A stretch of DNA of 64,000 nt from contig CAVYYI010000003.1 in NCBI GenBank assembly GCA_963772725.1, forward strand, positions 512,001 to 576,000, read 5' to 3'. Each line of letters starts with the position of its first letter. Within the stretch, counting starts at the first letter, position 1. The notes under the pieces were generated by a model. The model searched no databases. It was not told where the DNA came from and worked only from the letters and a program-made list of their open reading frames with translations. Both the position numbers and the translations under genes were made by a program. The stretch comes from an uncultured Phycisphaerales bacterium. GTDB taxonomy: Bacteria; Planctomycetota; Phycisphaerae; Sedimentisphaerales; Anaerobacaceae. Below, in pieces: positions 51,638-62,698 of the stretch.

Positions 51638-52150
51638 ATGACATTTGTTTTTTATATATCAGCTGCCGTTGCGATTATCGCGACTTTTATGGCTATAACA
51701 CGGCTTAATATAGTTCATGCGCTATTGTATTTTATTGTTTCACTTCTTGCCGTTGGTGTAATTTTCTTTCTTCTTGGTGCGCCTTTTGCCGCGGCTTTAG
51801 TTATCATTATAAATGCTGGCGCGATAGTTGTTCTTTTCGTATTTCTTATAATGATGCTTAATCTTGGCCCGCAGTCCGTCGCACAGGAGCGGCAAATGCT
51901 TAGCCCATATATGTGGATTGGCCCAGCGATATTATCAATTGTTCTTATTATCGAACTGGCTTATGCGGTCAGGTTTCATTATATCGGATTTACGGGGCCA
52001 AATATGATTAGTCCGAAAGAAGTTGGTATCGCTCTTTTTGGGCACTATGTACTTGGTGTCGAACTTGCGTCGATGCTTTTACTGGCAGGATTATTGGGTG
52101 CATATCATCTTGGCCGTGGTGAACAAAAAAACGAAGGAGAGAATAAATAA
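51638..52150 (+). CDS. nuoJ: NADH-quinone oxidoreductase subunit J
   Basis: VHALLY, AGAIVVLFVF, VELASMLLL. Confidence 0.92.
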   Translation: MTFVFYISAAVAIIATFMAITRLNIVHALLYFIVSLLAVGVIFFLLGAPFAAALVIIINAGAIVVLFVFLIMMLNLGPQSVAQERQMLSPYMWIGPAILSIVLIIELAYAVRFHYIGFTGPNMISPKEVGIALFGHYVLGVELASMLLLAGLLGAYHLGRGEQKNEGENK

Positions 52151-52458
52151 TGGTGACAGTTCCGACAGAATCGGCACTTATTCTTGCCGCTGTGTTATTT
52201 GCGATTGGTTTAACAGGTGTTCTCGTGCGTCGCAACATAGTCTTTATGCTGCTATCCATAGAAATTATGCTCAATGCCGCGGGGCTGGCGTTTATTGTTG
52301 CTGGCTCCTGCCTGAATCAGCCTGATGGTCAGGTTATGTATTTTTTTGTGCTTTCGATGGCAGCAGCCGAAGTGGCTGTTGGATTAGGTCTCGTTCTGCG
52401 CATGTACCGAAAATTCAAAAGTCTCGATACTGATATCGCGTCTCTGATGAAAGGCTGA
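52150..52458 (+). CDS. nuoK: NADH-quinone oxidoreductase subunit K
   Basis: RRN, SIEIMLNA, AAAEVAVGL. Confidence 0.95.
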   Translation: MVTVPTESALILAAVLFAIGLTGVLVRRNIVFMLLSIEIMLNAAGLAFIVAGSCLNQPDGQVMYFFVLSMAAAEVAVGLGLVLRMYRKFKSLDTDIASLMKG

Positions 52459-52459
52459 T

Positions 52460-54355
52460 ATGCTTGAATATTTGTGGCTTATTCCTGTAATACCGTTGGC
52501 AGATTTTATGATTCTTGCCACAATCAGCGGGAGAATTTCACGCAGGGCTGTAGGAACAATCGGCACAATTTCGGTGGCAGTTTCGATGATTCTGACGATA
52601 CTGATTGCTGTTGATTTTATCGGTTCTCCGCCCGCTCAGGGGTTCTATTCGCAGACGCTTTGGACGTGGATAAATGTGGGCAATTTCAAAGCTACCTTTA
52701 CATTTTATTTAGACGCACTTTCATTGACGATGATACTCGTTGTTACAGTTGTCGGATTTCTGATTCATCTGTACTCGACGGCATTTATGGAAGAGGAGGA
52801 AGGATACAGCCGATTTTTTGCGTATATGAATCTTTTTATCAGCTCGATGCTGATTCTTGTGCTTGCGGATAACCTGCTTTTTTTATATCTCGGCTGGGAA
52901 GGCGTCGGTTTATGCAGTTATCTGCTCATAGGATTCTGGTACAAAGAACCCGCTAACGGCCGTGCCGCGATAAAAGCATTTATAGTAACCAGAATCGGCG
53001 ATACAGCAATGGCGATAGGCCTGTTTCTGTTTTTTACGCAGTTGGGAACATTTGAAATTCAGCCGCTAATGCAAAAGCTCTCACAGTATCCGTCAGGCTC
53101 ATTGTTTTGTGTAGTAACCGCGGCGTTACTTTTGGGCGGAGCCGTGGGCAAATCCGCACAACTTCCGCTGCAGACTGGCTTCCCGACGCGATGGCGGGAC
53201 CCTCGCCAGTCAGCGCCCTTATCCACGCAGCAACAATGGTAACCGCGGGCGTTTACCTTATCGCCAGAACTCATATTCTTTTTGCTCAGGCTCCCGTGAT
53301 TCAATATAGCGTTGCGGTGATAGGTGCGGCAACACTTCTTATTGCAGGATTCAGTGCATTGACTCAGCATGACATTAAACGAATTCTCGCTTATTCAACA
53401 ATCAGCCAGATAGGATATATGTTTCTTGCGCTCGGGGTCGGGGCCTGGTCGGCGGCGATTTTTCATTTTATGATTCACGCGTTTTTTAAGTCACTGTTGT
53501 TTCTCGCTGCCGGCGTAGTCATTATCGCTTTAGGACATGAGCATAATATTTTTAAAATGGGCGGTCTTCGCCAAAAAATGTCCCTTGACTTTTTATACTT
53601 TTCTCGACTGGCAGCGCATCTTTGTCGGCGCTGCCTTTAGTAACAGCGGGATTTTACAGCAAAGATATGATACTCTGGCAGGTATGGTCTTCAAAAACAG
53701 GCGGCGTCTGGCTGTGGCTGGCCGGAATAGTCGGGAGCTCTGATTACTTCCCTATATACTTTTAGAATGTTGTTTATTTCGTTTTTCGGTGAAGCAAAAA
53801 CAGATCCGTAACCTATAAACCCGGCCTGCGTATCCAATTACCCTTGGTCGATATTAGGCCATACTTTCAATAGTAGGAGGCTTTGTGGAACTGCCTGAAA
53901 TACTTGGCCATAAAAAAATATTTACCGATTTTATGCATACCGCATTGCCGTCTATGGCATCATTAGAAACTGGTTTGCACGCTGAGTATTTTGTTCAGGC
54001 TATCGCTGCGCTGGTTTCGTTAGCTGGAATCTATTTAGCATATGTATTCTTTCTCCGCAACCGGCAATTAAATGAACGAATTGTTCAAACACCAATCGGT
54101 TCAACCCTGCACAGACTCTGGTTTTCAGGCTGGGGTTTCGATTGGTTTTATAATATCCTGTTTATTAAGCCTTACACTTGGTTCGCTGATTTTAACAGGA
54201 ACGATTACCTCGATAAAATTTACATTGGCATAGCCGGACTTAGTCGAATCGCACATCAAATACTTTGCCTGACGCAGACAGGGAAATTACGCTGGTATCT
54301 GACAGGTATCGCGGTCGGTGCGACAATAATTATAGGAGTTGTGGTGTTCTTATGA
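52460..54355 (+). CDS. nuoL: NADH-quinone oxidoreductase subunit L (frameshifted)
   Basis: [52 protein letters not shown]. Confidence 0.93.
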
Positions 54356-55881
54356 TACTTTTGTTGATACTGATAATTACGGTGAGTGCTGGCCTGCTTG
54401 CGTGGTTTTTAAGCAGGTGGAGCAGTAACGCGTGTCGTTTGCTGACTATTTCGGCACTGATTATTAATCTCGTGTTTTTGGTTGTTTTCTGGCTGCGGCA
54501 TTATCAGCAGCTTTCATTGGCGGCGGGTTCTCCGTGGCTTACCGGGCTGGAATGGAGCTGGATTCCGCAATTCGGCATCAGTTTTCATCTCGCGATGGAC
54601 GGCCTAAGTTTACTGCTGCTTATGCTTACAGTTTTTCTCGGCATTGTTTCCACGGCTGCGTCGTGGAGCGAGATTCAGGAGCGTGTCGGATTTTTCCATT
54701 TCAACCTGATGCTTATTCTCGCCGGAGTGATGGGCGTATTTATCGCGATGGATATGTTCCTTTTTTATTTTTTCTGGGAACTGATGCTCGTTCCAATGTA
54801 CTTTTTCATCAGTATCTGGGGACACGAAAACCGCACTTACGCCGCAATGAAGTTTTTTATCTTCACCCAGGCAGGCGGCTTGTTTATGTTATTATCTATA
54901 CTCGGTCTGTACTTTTATTGCGGCAAAAGTACCGGAAACTATACGTTTGATTATACGCAGTTATTAAATGTGTCAGCGGTCAATCAGTTTTCAATCTGGC
55001 TGATGCTCGGATTTTTTATTGCTTTCGCCGTTAAGTTGCCGGTTGTACCGTTCCACACATGGTTGCCGGATGCGCATACGCAGGCCCCCACGGCGGGCAG
55101 CATCATTCTTGCGGGGCTACTGTTGAAGACTGGGCCGTACGGTTTTATGCGGTTTGTTCTGCCGCTGTTTCCAAAGGCCTCACAGGAAATCAGTCTTATA
55201 GCTATGACTTTGGGCGTTATAGGAATTTTATACGGTGCGATTCTTGCCTTTGCGCAAAGAGATGTTAAGAGGCTGGTGGCTTATACAAGTATCAGCCATC
55301 TCGGTTTTGTACTATTGGGAATATTTTCCGGAAATATACTGGCACTGCAGGGAGCGGTGATAATTATACTGGCCCATGGCCTTACGACAGGGGGCCTATT
55401 TATTGTGGCTGGCGCAATCCAGGAGCGAATCCACTCCCGTGATATGAAAGCGATGGGCGGGCTTTGGTCAATAATGCCGCGAATGGGAGGTGTCACGATG
55501 TTCCTTGCGCTTGCGTCACTTGGCCTGCCTGGGCTTGCCAATTTTGTCGGTGAATTTTTGGTTCTTGCCGGGACTTATCAGATGTATCCTTTGCTGACTA
55601 TAATCGCGGCATTGGGATTCGTTGCAGCGTCAATATATTCACTGTGGCTGATTCATCGTGTTTTTCATGGGCAGGTACAGGAACAGAGGCAGTTGCCCGA
55701 TTTGAGTATTCGTGAGATGGCCGCATTCACTGTTATTATCGCGGTAATTGTCTGGATAGGCATTTATCCTCGGCCTTTTCTAAACACCGCTAAGCCCGCG
55801 ATTGATACTATTTTGCAACATTCATATACCTCTACCGAAATCAGCGTAGCAGAGATGGAGTCAAAGAATGCCTCTGAATAA
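54352..55881 (+). CDS. nuoM: NADH-quinone oxidoreductase subunit M
   Basis: FFWELMLVPMY, KLPVVPFHTWLPDAH, LAGLLLK, GLPGLANFVGEF. Confidence 0.95.
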   Translation: MILLLILIITVSAGLLAWFLSRWSSNACRLLTISALIINLVFLVVFWLRHYQQLSLAAGSPWLTGLEWSWIPQFGISFHLAMDGLSLLLLMLTVFLGIVSTAASWSEIQERVGFFHFNLMLILAGVMGVFIAMDMFLFYFFWELMLVPMYFFISIWGHENRTYAAMKFFIFTQAGGLFMLLSILGLYFYCGKSTGNYTFDYTQLLNVSAVNQFSIWLMLGFFIAFAVKLPVVPFHTWLPDAHTQAPTAGSIILAGLLLKTGPYGFMRFVLPLFPKASQEISLIAMTLGVIGILYGAILAFAQRDVKRLVAYTSISHLGFVLLGIFSGNILALQGAVIIILAHGLTTGGLFIVAGAIQERIHSRDMKAMGGLWSIMPRMGGVTMFLALASLGLPGLANFVGEFLVLAGTYQMYPLLTIIAALGFVAASIYSLWLIHRVFHGQVQEQRQLPDLSIREMAAFTVIIAVIVWIGIYPRPFLNTAKPAIDTILQHSYTSTEISVAEMESKNASE

Positions 55882-57334
55882 TCTCATACATATTCTGCAT
55901 CTTATTATCTTAAGTGCCGGAATAATATTGATTATGCTGGCGATATCGGTTCATCGCAGCCATATATTAACCTTTATTTTAACGCTGATTACTCTGTGTT
56001 TAGGTATGGCTGCTTTGGCGATTCCTTTGCCAGACGAGTCAGCTTATGTTTCCACTTTGCTGGTGACTGACGGGTATTCGTATTTTTATACCGGGCTGCT
56101 TTTTGCCGCCTGCATAATCACAGTTATTTTATCTTACAGTTATATGAGAGAACGGCAGTGCGTCAAAGAAGAGTTTTATGTTTTTTTACTTATCGCTACG
56201 GTCGGTTCAGCGGTACTTGTTTCCAGCAGCCATCTTGCGTCATTCTTTCTTGGTTTGGAAATTTTAAGCGTGTCCCTTTACGTTCTGACGGCATATTTGC
56301 GGTCGGCTCCAATCCATATTGAAGCCGGCATAAAATATCTTATCCCCGCGGCAACTTCCACGGCGTTCCTGCTTTTCGGTACGGCATTAATTTACTTGCG
56401 CTCCGGCTCAATGGAATTTTCGAAAATTACCGGCTGGGCAGCGATAGCCGCCAATTCGGTCAACCCATTATTTTTAACCGGTCTTGTTATGGTACTTGTG
56501 GGAATAGGTTTCAAACTCGCAGTTGTGCCTTTTCATTTATGGATACCGGATGTCTATGAAGGCGCTCCGGCACCAGTAACAGGGTTTATCGCGACTGTTT
56601 CAAAGGGTTCTGTTTTTGCATTGCTGCTTCGGTATTTTACCGCGATAAATGTAATGAATTACCAACCGTTATTTTTTATTTTCGCGGTTCTCGCGATTCT
56701 TTCAATGTTCTTCGGCAATCTTCTGGCTTTGCTGCAAAACAACGTTAAGCGCGTTCTTGCTTACTCTTCCATAGCCCACATCGGTTATCTGATTGTCGCT
56801 TTTCTTGCCAGCGACTCTATGGCAGTTGCGGCGGTATCTTTTTATTTAACCAGCTATTTTATTACAACATTGGGGGCTTTCGGAGTAATTACTGTTCTTT
56901 CGAGTAAAGAAAAAGACCTCGATAACATAGAGGGCTATCGAGGCCTGGTTTTTCACCACCCATTGCTGGCGGGAATATTTACGGCGATGTTGTTTTCTCT
57001 TGCGGGTATCCCCCTAACGGCTGGTTTTATCGGGAAATTTTATATCCTTTCCGCTGGTACGAATTCAGGTTTATGGACGCTTGTGGTTATTTTAGTCATA
57101 AACAGTGTTATTGGTCTTTTTTATTATCTACGCATCATCGCTGTGCTGTATTCCAAGGCCACTGAACCTGAAAATGAGGCGAAAACGCCGGTTTCGCTCT
57201 TTACATCGGGGTCTTGTTTTTCCGTCGTCTCGGGGGTAATTTTGGTGGCTCTGACTATTATGCTCGTTTGGCTTGGTATTTACCCCGGGCCGTTTATACA
57301 CCTGATTGAAACTCTGGCGACGCACCTTTCGTAA
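55868..57334 (+). CDS. nuoN: NADH-quinone oxidoreductase subunit N
   Basis: EAGIKY, FKLAVVPFHLWIPDVYEGAP, LAYSSIAHIGY, AGIPLTAGFIGK. Confidence 0.95.
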   Translation: MPLNNLIHILHLIILSAGIILIMLAISVHRSHILTFILTLITLCLGMAALAIPLPDESAYVSTLLVTDGYSYFYTGLLFAACIITVILSYSYMRERQCVKEEFYVFLLIATVGSAVLVSSSHLASFFLGLEILSVSLYVLTAYLRSAPIHIEAGIKYLIPAATSTAFLLFGTALIYLRSGSMEFSKITGWAAIAANSVNPLFLTGLVMVLVGIGFKLAVVPFHLWIPDVYEGAPAPVTGFIATVSKGSVFALLLRYFTAINVMNYQPLFFIFAVLAILSMFFGNLLALLQNNVKRVLAYSSIAHIGYLIVAFLASDSMAVAAVSFYLTSYFITTLGAFGVITVLSSKEKDLDNIEGYRGLVFHHPLLAGIFTAMLFSLAGIPLTAGFIGKFYILSAGTNSGLWTLVVILVINSVIGLFYYLRIIAVLYSKATEPENEAKTPVSLFTSGSCFSVVSGVILVALTIMLVWLGIYPGPFIHLIETLATHLS

Positions 57335-57385
57335 AGTCGTCTTATAGCGTACAAAAAAACTGCTTAACAAATAAAAGAGGTAATT

Positions 57386-59429
57386 ATGCCGCGTGACTTG
57401 CCCATAGGTAATGGAACTGTCCTGGCTAATTTTGACAGCAGTTATAATTTGCGCGATTTATATTTCCCTTATGTCGGGATGGAAAATCATACCGAAGGCC
57501 ATCCAATCCGTTTCGGTATCTGGGCAGACGGAATTATGAAGTGGATTGAGGACGGCTGGAAAATCGAACTAAAGTATGTGCCTGATACCCTTGTTACCGA
57601 GGTGCATTGCTTCCACCCCGAACTGAAATTGGAACTCTTCTGCCGGGATTGTGTCGATTTTCATATCTGGGTCCTGCTTCGTGAGGTTATCGTCAAAGAC
57701 CTTTCCGGTCGCGACAGAGACGTGCGCCTCTTTTACAATCATGAATTTCACATAAAGGAAAATAACATCGGCGATACCGCGTATTATGACCCACAGACAA
57801 GTGCAGTTGTACATTATAAACAGAACCGCTATTTCCTGATAAATCTTTGTACGCCGGCAAAATGCGGTGTTGACCATTTCGCGACAGGCATTCACGATTT
57901 CCGCGGCTATGAAGGCACCTGGCGTGATGCCGAGGACGGCCAGCTCAGCGGCAATCCAATCGCCCAGGGTTCCGTGGATTCCTGCATCGGAATTAACCTG
58001 GCTGTGCCCGCCAATGGCACAAATAAATGTACATACTGGGTCGCGTGCCAGCAGAATTACGATGGTGCCGCCCGAATTAATGCGGTAGTCAGACAAAAAA
58101 CTCCCGAAGTGCTTATTAACAGGACTATTAATTACTGGAAACTATGGGTCAATAAAGAGCAATGGAATCTCCAGGCTCTGCCTCCTAACATTGCCGAACT
58201 CTTCAAACGAAGCCTTCTGATTCTAAGAACTCACGTTGATGATGGAGGCGCCATAATCGCCGCCGCTGATTACGATGCGACTAATTTTGCTCGTGATACC
58301 TATGCCTATATGTGGCCAAGGGATGGTGCATTGTGCGCTTACAGCCTGATTAAAGCCGGTTACGCCGACGCGAGCAGGAGATTCTTCCAGTTTTGTCTCG
58401 ACGTGATTTCACCACAGGGCTACATGCTGCACAAGTTCAATCCGGATAAAACGCTTGCCTCGTCCTGGCAGCCGTGGCTCTTGTCAGGCAGGGAATCTAT
58501 TCCGATTCAGGAAGATGAAACCGCCCTGGTTATCTGGTCTCTTTGGCATCATTTCCATAAATTCAGAGAAATCGAATTCATAAAGCCTCTTTATCGCAGA
58601 CTCATTATAAATTCAGCGGATTTTATGGTGAACTTTCGCGACAAAAATACGCACCTGCCCAACCCTTCTTATGACGTATGGGAAGAACGCTTTGGTGTGC
58701 ATCTGTTCACAGCGGCAGCGGTGATAGGCGGCCTTAGGCGGCAGCGAATTTGCGCGGGCATTCGGAGAAATAGAAGACGCGCAAAGATGCGAGACAGCCG
58801 TGGATGAGATGCGTAAAGCCGTTGAAAAATATATGTGGAACGAAAAAAATCGCTGCTATTGCAGGATGCTTATACCCAAAAATGACGGAACTTATGAACA
58901 GGATAATACCATAGACTCCGCCTGCGGCAGTCTTTGGGCTGTCGGGGCGATGGAACCGTCAAATCCGAAAGTCCGCCTGACAATGGAAAAAATCCGCGAA
59001 ACACTTTGCGTAAATACGCCCATCGGCGGATATGCTCGATACCAGGGCGATAATTACCAGCGTGATGTTCATCTCACCGAAAAAATTCCCGGCAATCCGT
59101 GGATTATCTGCGGGCTTTGGCTTGCGCAGTATGACATCGCAATGGCGGGCTCTCTTGATGAACTTAACAAAAGTTTAGAGTTTCTGAATTGGACGGCAGA
59201 CCATGCCCTTGCTTCCGGAGTTTTGCCCGAACAGATACATCCTTTAACGGGCAAGCCGCTTTCAGTGTCCCCTCTGGCCTGGAGTCATGCCGCTGTTGTT
59301 ATGACAGTCCTCGACTATCTGGAAAAATGGTGCCGTCTTTCAAAAAAATCTCAGCAGGAAATTCATTTGCCCGAACGAAACCTGCCTCCTTCTCTCAAAA
59401 CTTTCCCGACCTGTGGCGAGAATGAATAA
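57386..59429 (+). CDS. Glycoside hydrolase family 15 (glucoamylase/trehalase-like, frameshift near 58740)
   Basis: YAYMWPRDG, QEDETA, YDVWEER, GVLPEQ, PLAWSHA. Confidence 0.92.
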
Positions 59430-59610
59430 AAGAATATTGCTTTATAATTATAGCTTAACTAACCCGCTGAAAACGGATTATCCAGCCTCAATACAGATGG
59501 TATTTGGCACTCTATATTCAACAATTTGGCAGAGACCCAAATACAGCCCAAAACATTGATATCAAATTGAAATAGCCCCTCGTTTTTGAGCCGATACTTA
59601 CCAATTCCAG

Positions 59611-60454
59611 TTATATTCTGACTTTCAGAAACGGCTTGAAAATAAGAGCAAAAATCATTGAGGCGATAAAAAAGTAAATCAGCCAGTGGTTTGTCCCGCC
59701 GGTTGAGGATGTGCGTTCAGGATAATCAATTCTGATGGACTGAACCAATGAATCAGACGCAAAAGGCTTCTCCGCGGGATAGAGCATCACGTTAGTCCAT
59801 TGCCAACCAGGCCGCTCAGCGCTGATTCTCATAAAGCCATCGCCGACTGCGAAAGACTTTTCAATTTTTTCACCGTTGACCTGAAAAATAATACTGCTGT
59901 ATCCTTTTTGCGTTGCCTCTAACTGCCAGAGTATCTCGCGTTTTGCGGAAATCTTGACCGGTCCCATAATTATTTTTGCCGCCGGAGATGAAACAATATT
60001 GACATCAGGTCTGCGATATTTCCGCCTGTTCATTCAGTTTCATAACAACTACGACTTGCTCTGCCTGCTTTAACGGCCTGAACTCATACCAAAGGCCCAT
60101 CTGTGCAAGAAGCAGGGAAACAGGGACAATCATAACCAGCATCGGAATAAGCGAATGAAACAAGAGCAAAAAGGCTGAAACAAAAACTCTTCCCTGCGCC
60201 TCTAATGTTACGGCGAGACTGTCCTTAAAGAGTTTAAGGGTCAGCATATCCGCTTTTATGCTGTCTCTTATCCGGGCGATTGCCCGCTGATTGGATGTGT
60301 ACTTAAAAATAAACATCAGCAGTACACCGGCGGCAGCGGAAATAATCGTATTCGACAGCCAGCCGGGAAGTGAAGTCATTGGCGCAAATGCGAATTCACC
60401 AAAGGCGTTAGCCGGTATATTCAGCAGGCTTATAATGCGTGTTAAAAAATCCAT
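59611..60454 (-). CDS. Membrane protein resembling the DUF106/EMC3/TMCO1 family (frameshift near 60010)
   Basis: TM1, coiled coil, TM2 (IPMLVMIVP), soluble insert and terminal HWLIYFFIASMIFALIFKPFLKV. Confidence 0.6.
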
Positions 60455-60639
60455 TATTCGATATATCCAAGTCCGCGAAGTTTCTCCGCTGTTTTTTCGT
60501 CGGCCTGTGAAGTCTCGTATTTCGCAAGCTCTTTTTCGATTGCGTGAATGATAAATTCGTCCGGGCTGCTGTAGCCAGCGGTTTCACACGCCTTTTTCAC
60601 ACGCTCAAAAAGATTGGAATCTATTTTTATCTTGGCCAT
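60454..60639 (-). CDS. Ribbon-helix-helix (CopG-like) mini-protein with C-terminal LRGLGYIE motif
   Basis: MAKIKIDSNLFERVKK...GYSSPDEFIIHAIEKEL...AEKLRGLGYIE. AGAGG SD. Confidence 0.75.
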   Translation of the reverse strand: MAKIKIDSNLFERVKKACETAGYSSPDEFIIHAIEKELAKYETSQADEKTAEKLRGLGYIE

Positions 60640-60668
60640 TTTTATACCTCTTTGTTATTCGACATTTT

Positions 60669-62694
60669 TTATGTTTTGAATATATTTTTGCCCTCCATGG
60701 AAGAGGGTATTTGTAAGCCGAACTCCGTCAGCACAGATGGACCGATATCAATCAGGAAAGGCCTTTCCGCGACTATGGGGCGGTTGCTGAATATAATGCC
60801 GGGCACCTCGGAAACATCGGCGCAGTGGTCGTGCGCTCCATGCCGAATCGTTATCAGACAGCACCTCTTTATCAATACCGCCCAGGCACGTCTGCCACGA
60901 CGCCCTGAAATCACGGCAGTATCCTATAATCAAATCAGGTGCGAATTCTGTCGCCGGGCCGGCGTAAACCGTGTCGGTGCGGTGAACCTTGCGAATCACT
61001 CTTCTGCCGTCGGCATCCCTGACCGACTCAAGTTTATCTGTCAGTTCCTTAATCAAATCCTCCCGTTCTCTGCCCGGCTCAACAATGCCGTCCCGCTCAC
61101 GCCCTTTAAGATTTAGGTATAAACCGTTTATGCCCAGCCCGTAAGCCCTCGTCTTTGACCAGTTCACGTCTGACATAATCGAGGTTGCCCCCGCGTTTTG
61201 GATATAGCCGTTCAAAAGCAGCCATTTATTCAGGCCAAACTGTCTCTTGAAATTGGCAAATCCATGGTCGCTCATCACGATAATCGTCGCGTTATTTCCA
61301 TATCGCTTCAGAATATCGCCGACAACGGCATCCATCCTCCGATAAAGCTCTTTGATATTACCGAAGTATTTTTTAGCCTCTTCGGCTGAACGGGTCGGAT
61401 GTTTTGCATCGGAGTCCCACCAGAACATGTGTGCCTGAAGGTCGGTACTCGAAAAATAGAAAAACAGCAGCCCATCATCATAATTATTTATAGCATATTG
61501 AAGCAGGTTCAGTCGCTCCTGCAAAACTATCTCCGCCTGCGAGGCATATTCGGCGTCTGTAAACACACGGTTCGATAATGCCTTATGGTCTTCCTGAAAA
61601 CCTGTCGTATAGAACAGGCCTAATTTATTCGAAACATTTTTAATAAATGCCGGCGGTTCAGTAAGTTTAATGGCTGGATTGGATGGGTCGGTATTTATTG
61701 GCGTTACATAAAGTCTGAAATTTGGTGCAAACTCCTGCAGATAAAACCGGCATATTCCGCTGATGTGCTTGTCAGGCATCAAAGCTGGCATCGACATACC
61801 AAAATCCACTTTCAGCCACGGACTCCATTGTTTTTCCTTCAGGAGAATTTTACTCTTCTGGATTTCGATAACCGCCGTGCGCGACTGGTTGTCCCTGTAC
61901 ACGAGAAATTCTATCGTCATCGGTTCAGGTTTTTTTAGAAAAGTGTTTTGTGGGCCGATTAGTTTTAACGGTGGTTTTGATACGTCGTTTTCAAAAAAAA
62001 TCATCGAACGCATTCCGCCGCCCTCATCTTTTGTCGCGAAAGGCCCATCTTCGGCAAAATGCTGATAAGTGCCATAAGTTCCGAGCATATCCGGTGTGCC
62101 CATTCCGGAAAGACACCTGTGATGACCATACTTCGACGGGCTGGCCGGATAATTCGACGGCAAATCGTAAAACACCGACTCAATCCCGGCTTCATCAAGA
62201 TAATCCCAGAATGGAGTCCCCTGACGCCGCAAGATTGTTTCAGCAGGCTTATCGTTAAATGGCCAGAAATCCAACTGAATTCTGTGGTCGCCTATATTTC
62301 GATACCCGACTCCCTCCACCGTTTCCGCCGCCGAATAAAACGGCGTACATTGTTTTTCGGGATTACGGTGAATAAAATCAAAAATTCCATGCGAGCCCGG
62401 GCCGGCGCCATTTATAAAATTTGCCCACGCGACGGGACTCTGCGGCGGAATACTCGTCCCAAGCCGCCGGTACCCGTTATTTTTGCGAAGCATATCGAGG
62501 TTCGGAAGCTGACCTTCATCCATCATTTTTTCCGAAAGCCCCGGGTCCATTCCGTCTATGCCGATAATAATTACTTTTTTCGTATCCGAAGATTTGCCGT
62601 TAACGCCATAACCCGATTTCATCGCCCAAGATGCCGCCACAGCCGCCGCTGCGGATTGCTTCAAAAACTCTCTTCTGTTAAGTTTACTAATCAT
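60669..62694 (-). CDS. Tat-exported alkaline phosphatase superfamily (NPP/phosphodiesterase) protein (frameshift near 60835)
   Basis: NRREFLK, IGIDGMDP, SIPPQSPVAW, MSDHGF, APDLIIGY. Confidence 0.9.
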
Positions 62695-62698
62695 TTTT

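Noticed and set aside
1950..62694. Mass pseudogenisation or programmed frameshifting
   Set aside because: Single-base indels hit conserved genes (yajC, ispD, nuo) without accompanying sequence decay or a shared slippery motif. Long-read error is the simplest explanation.
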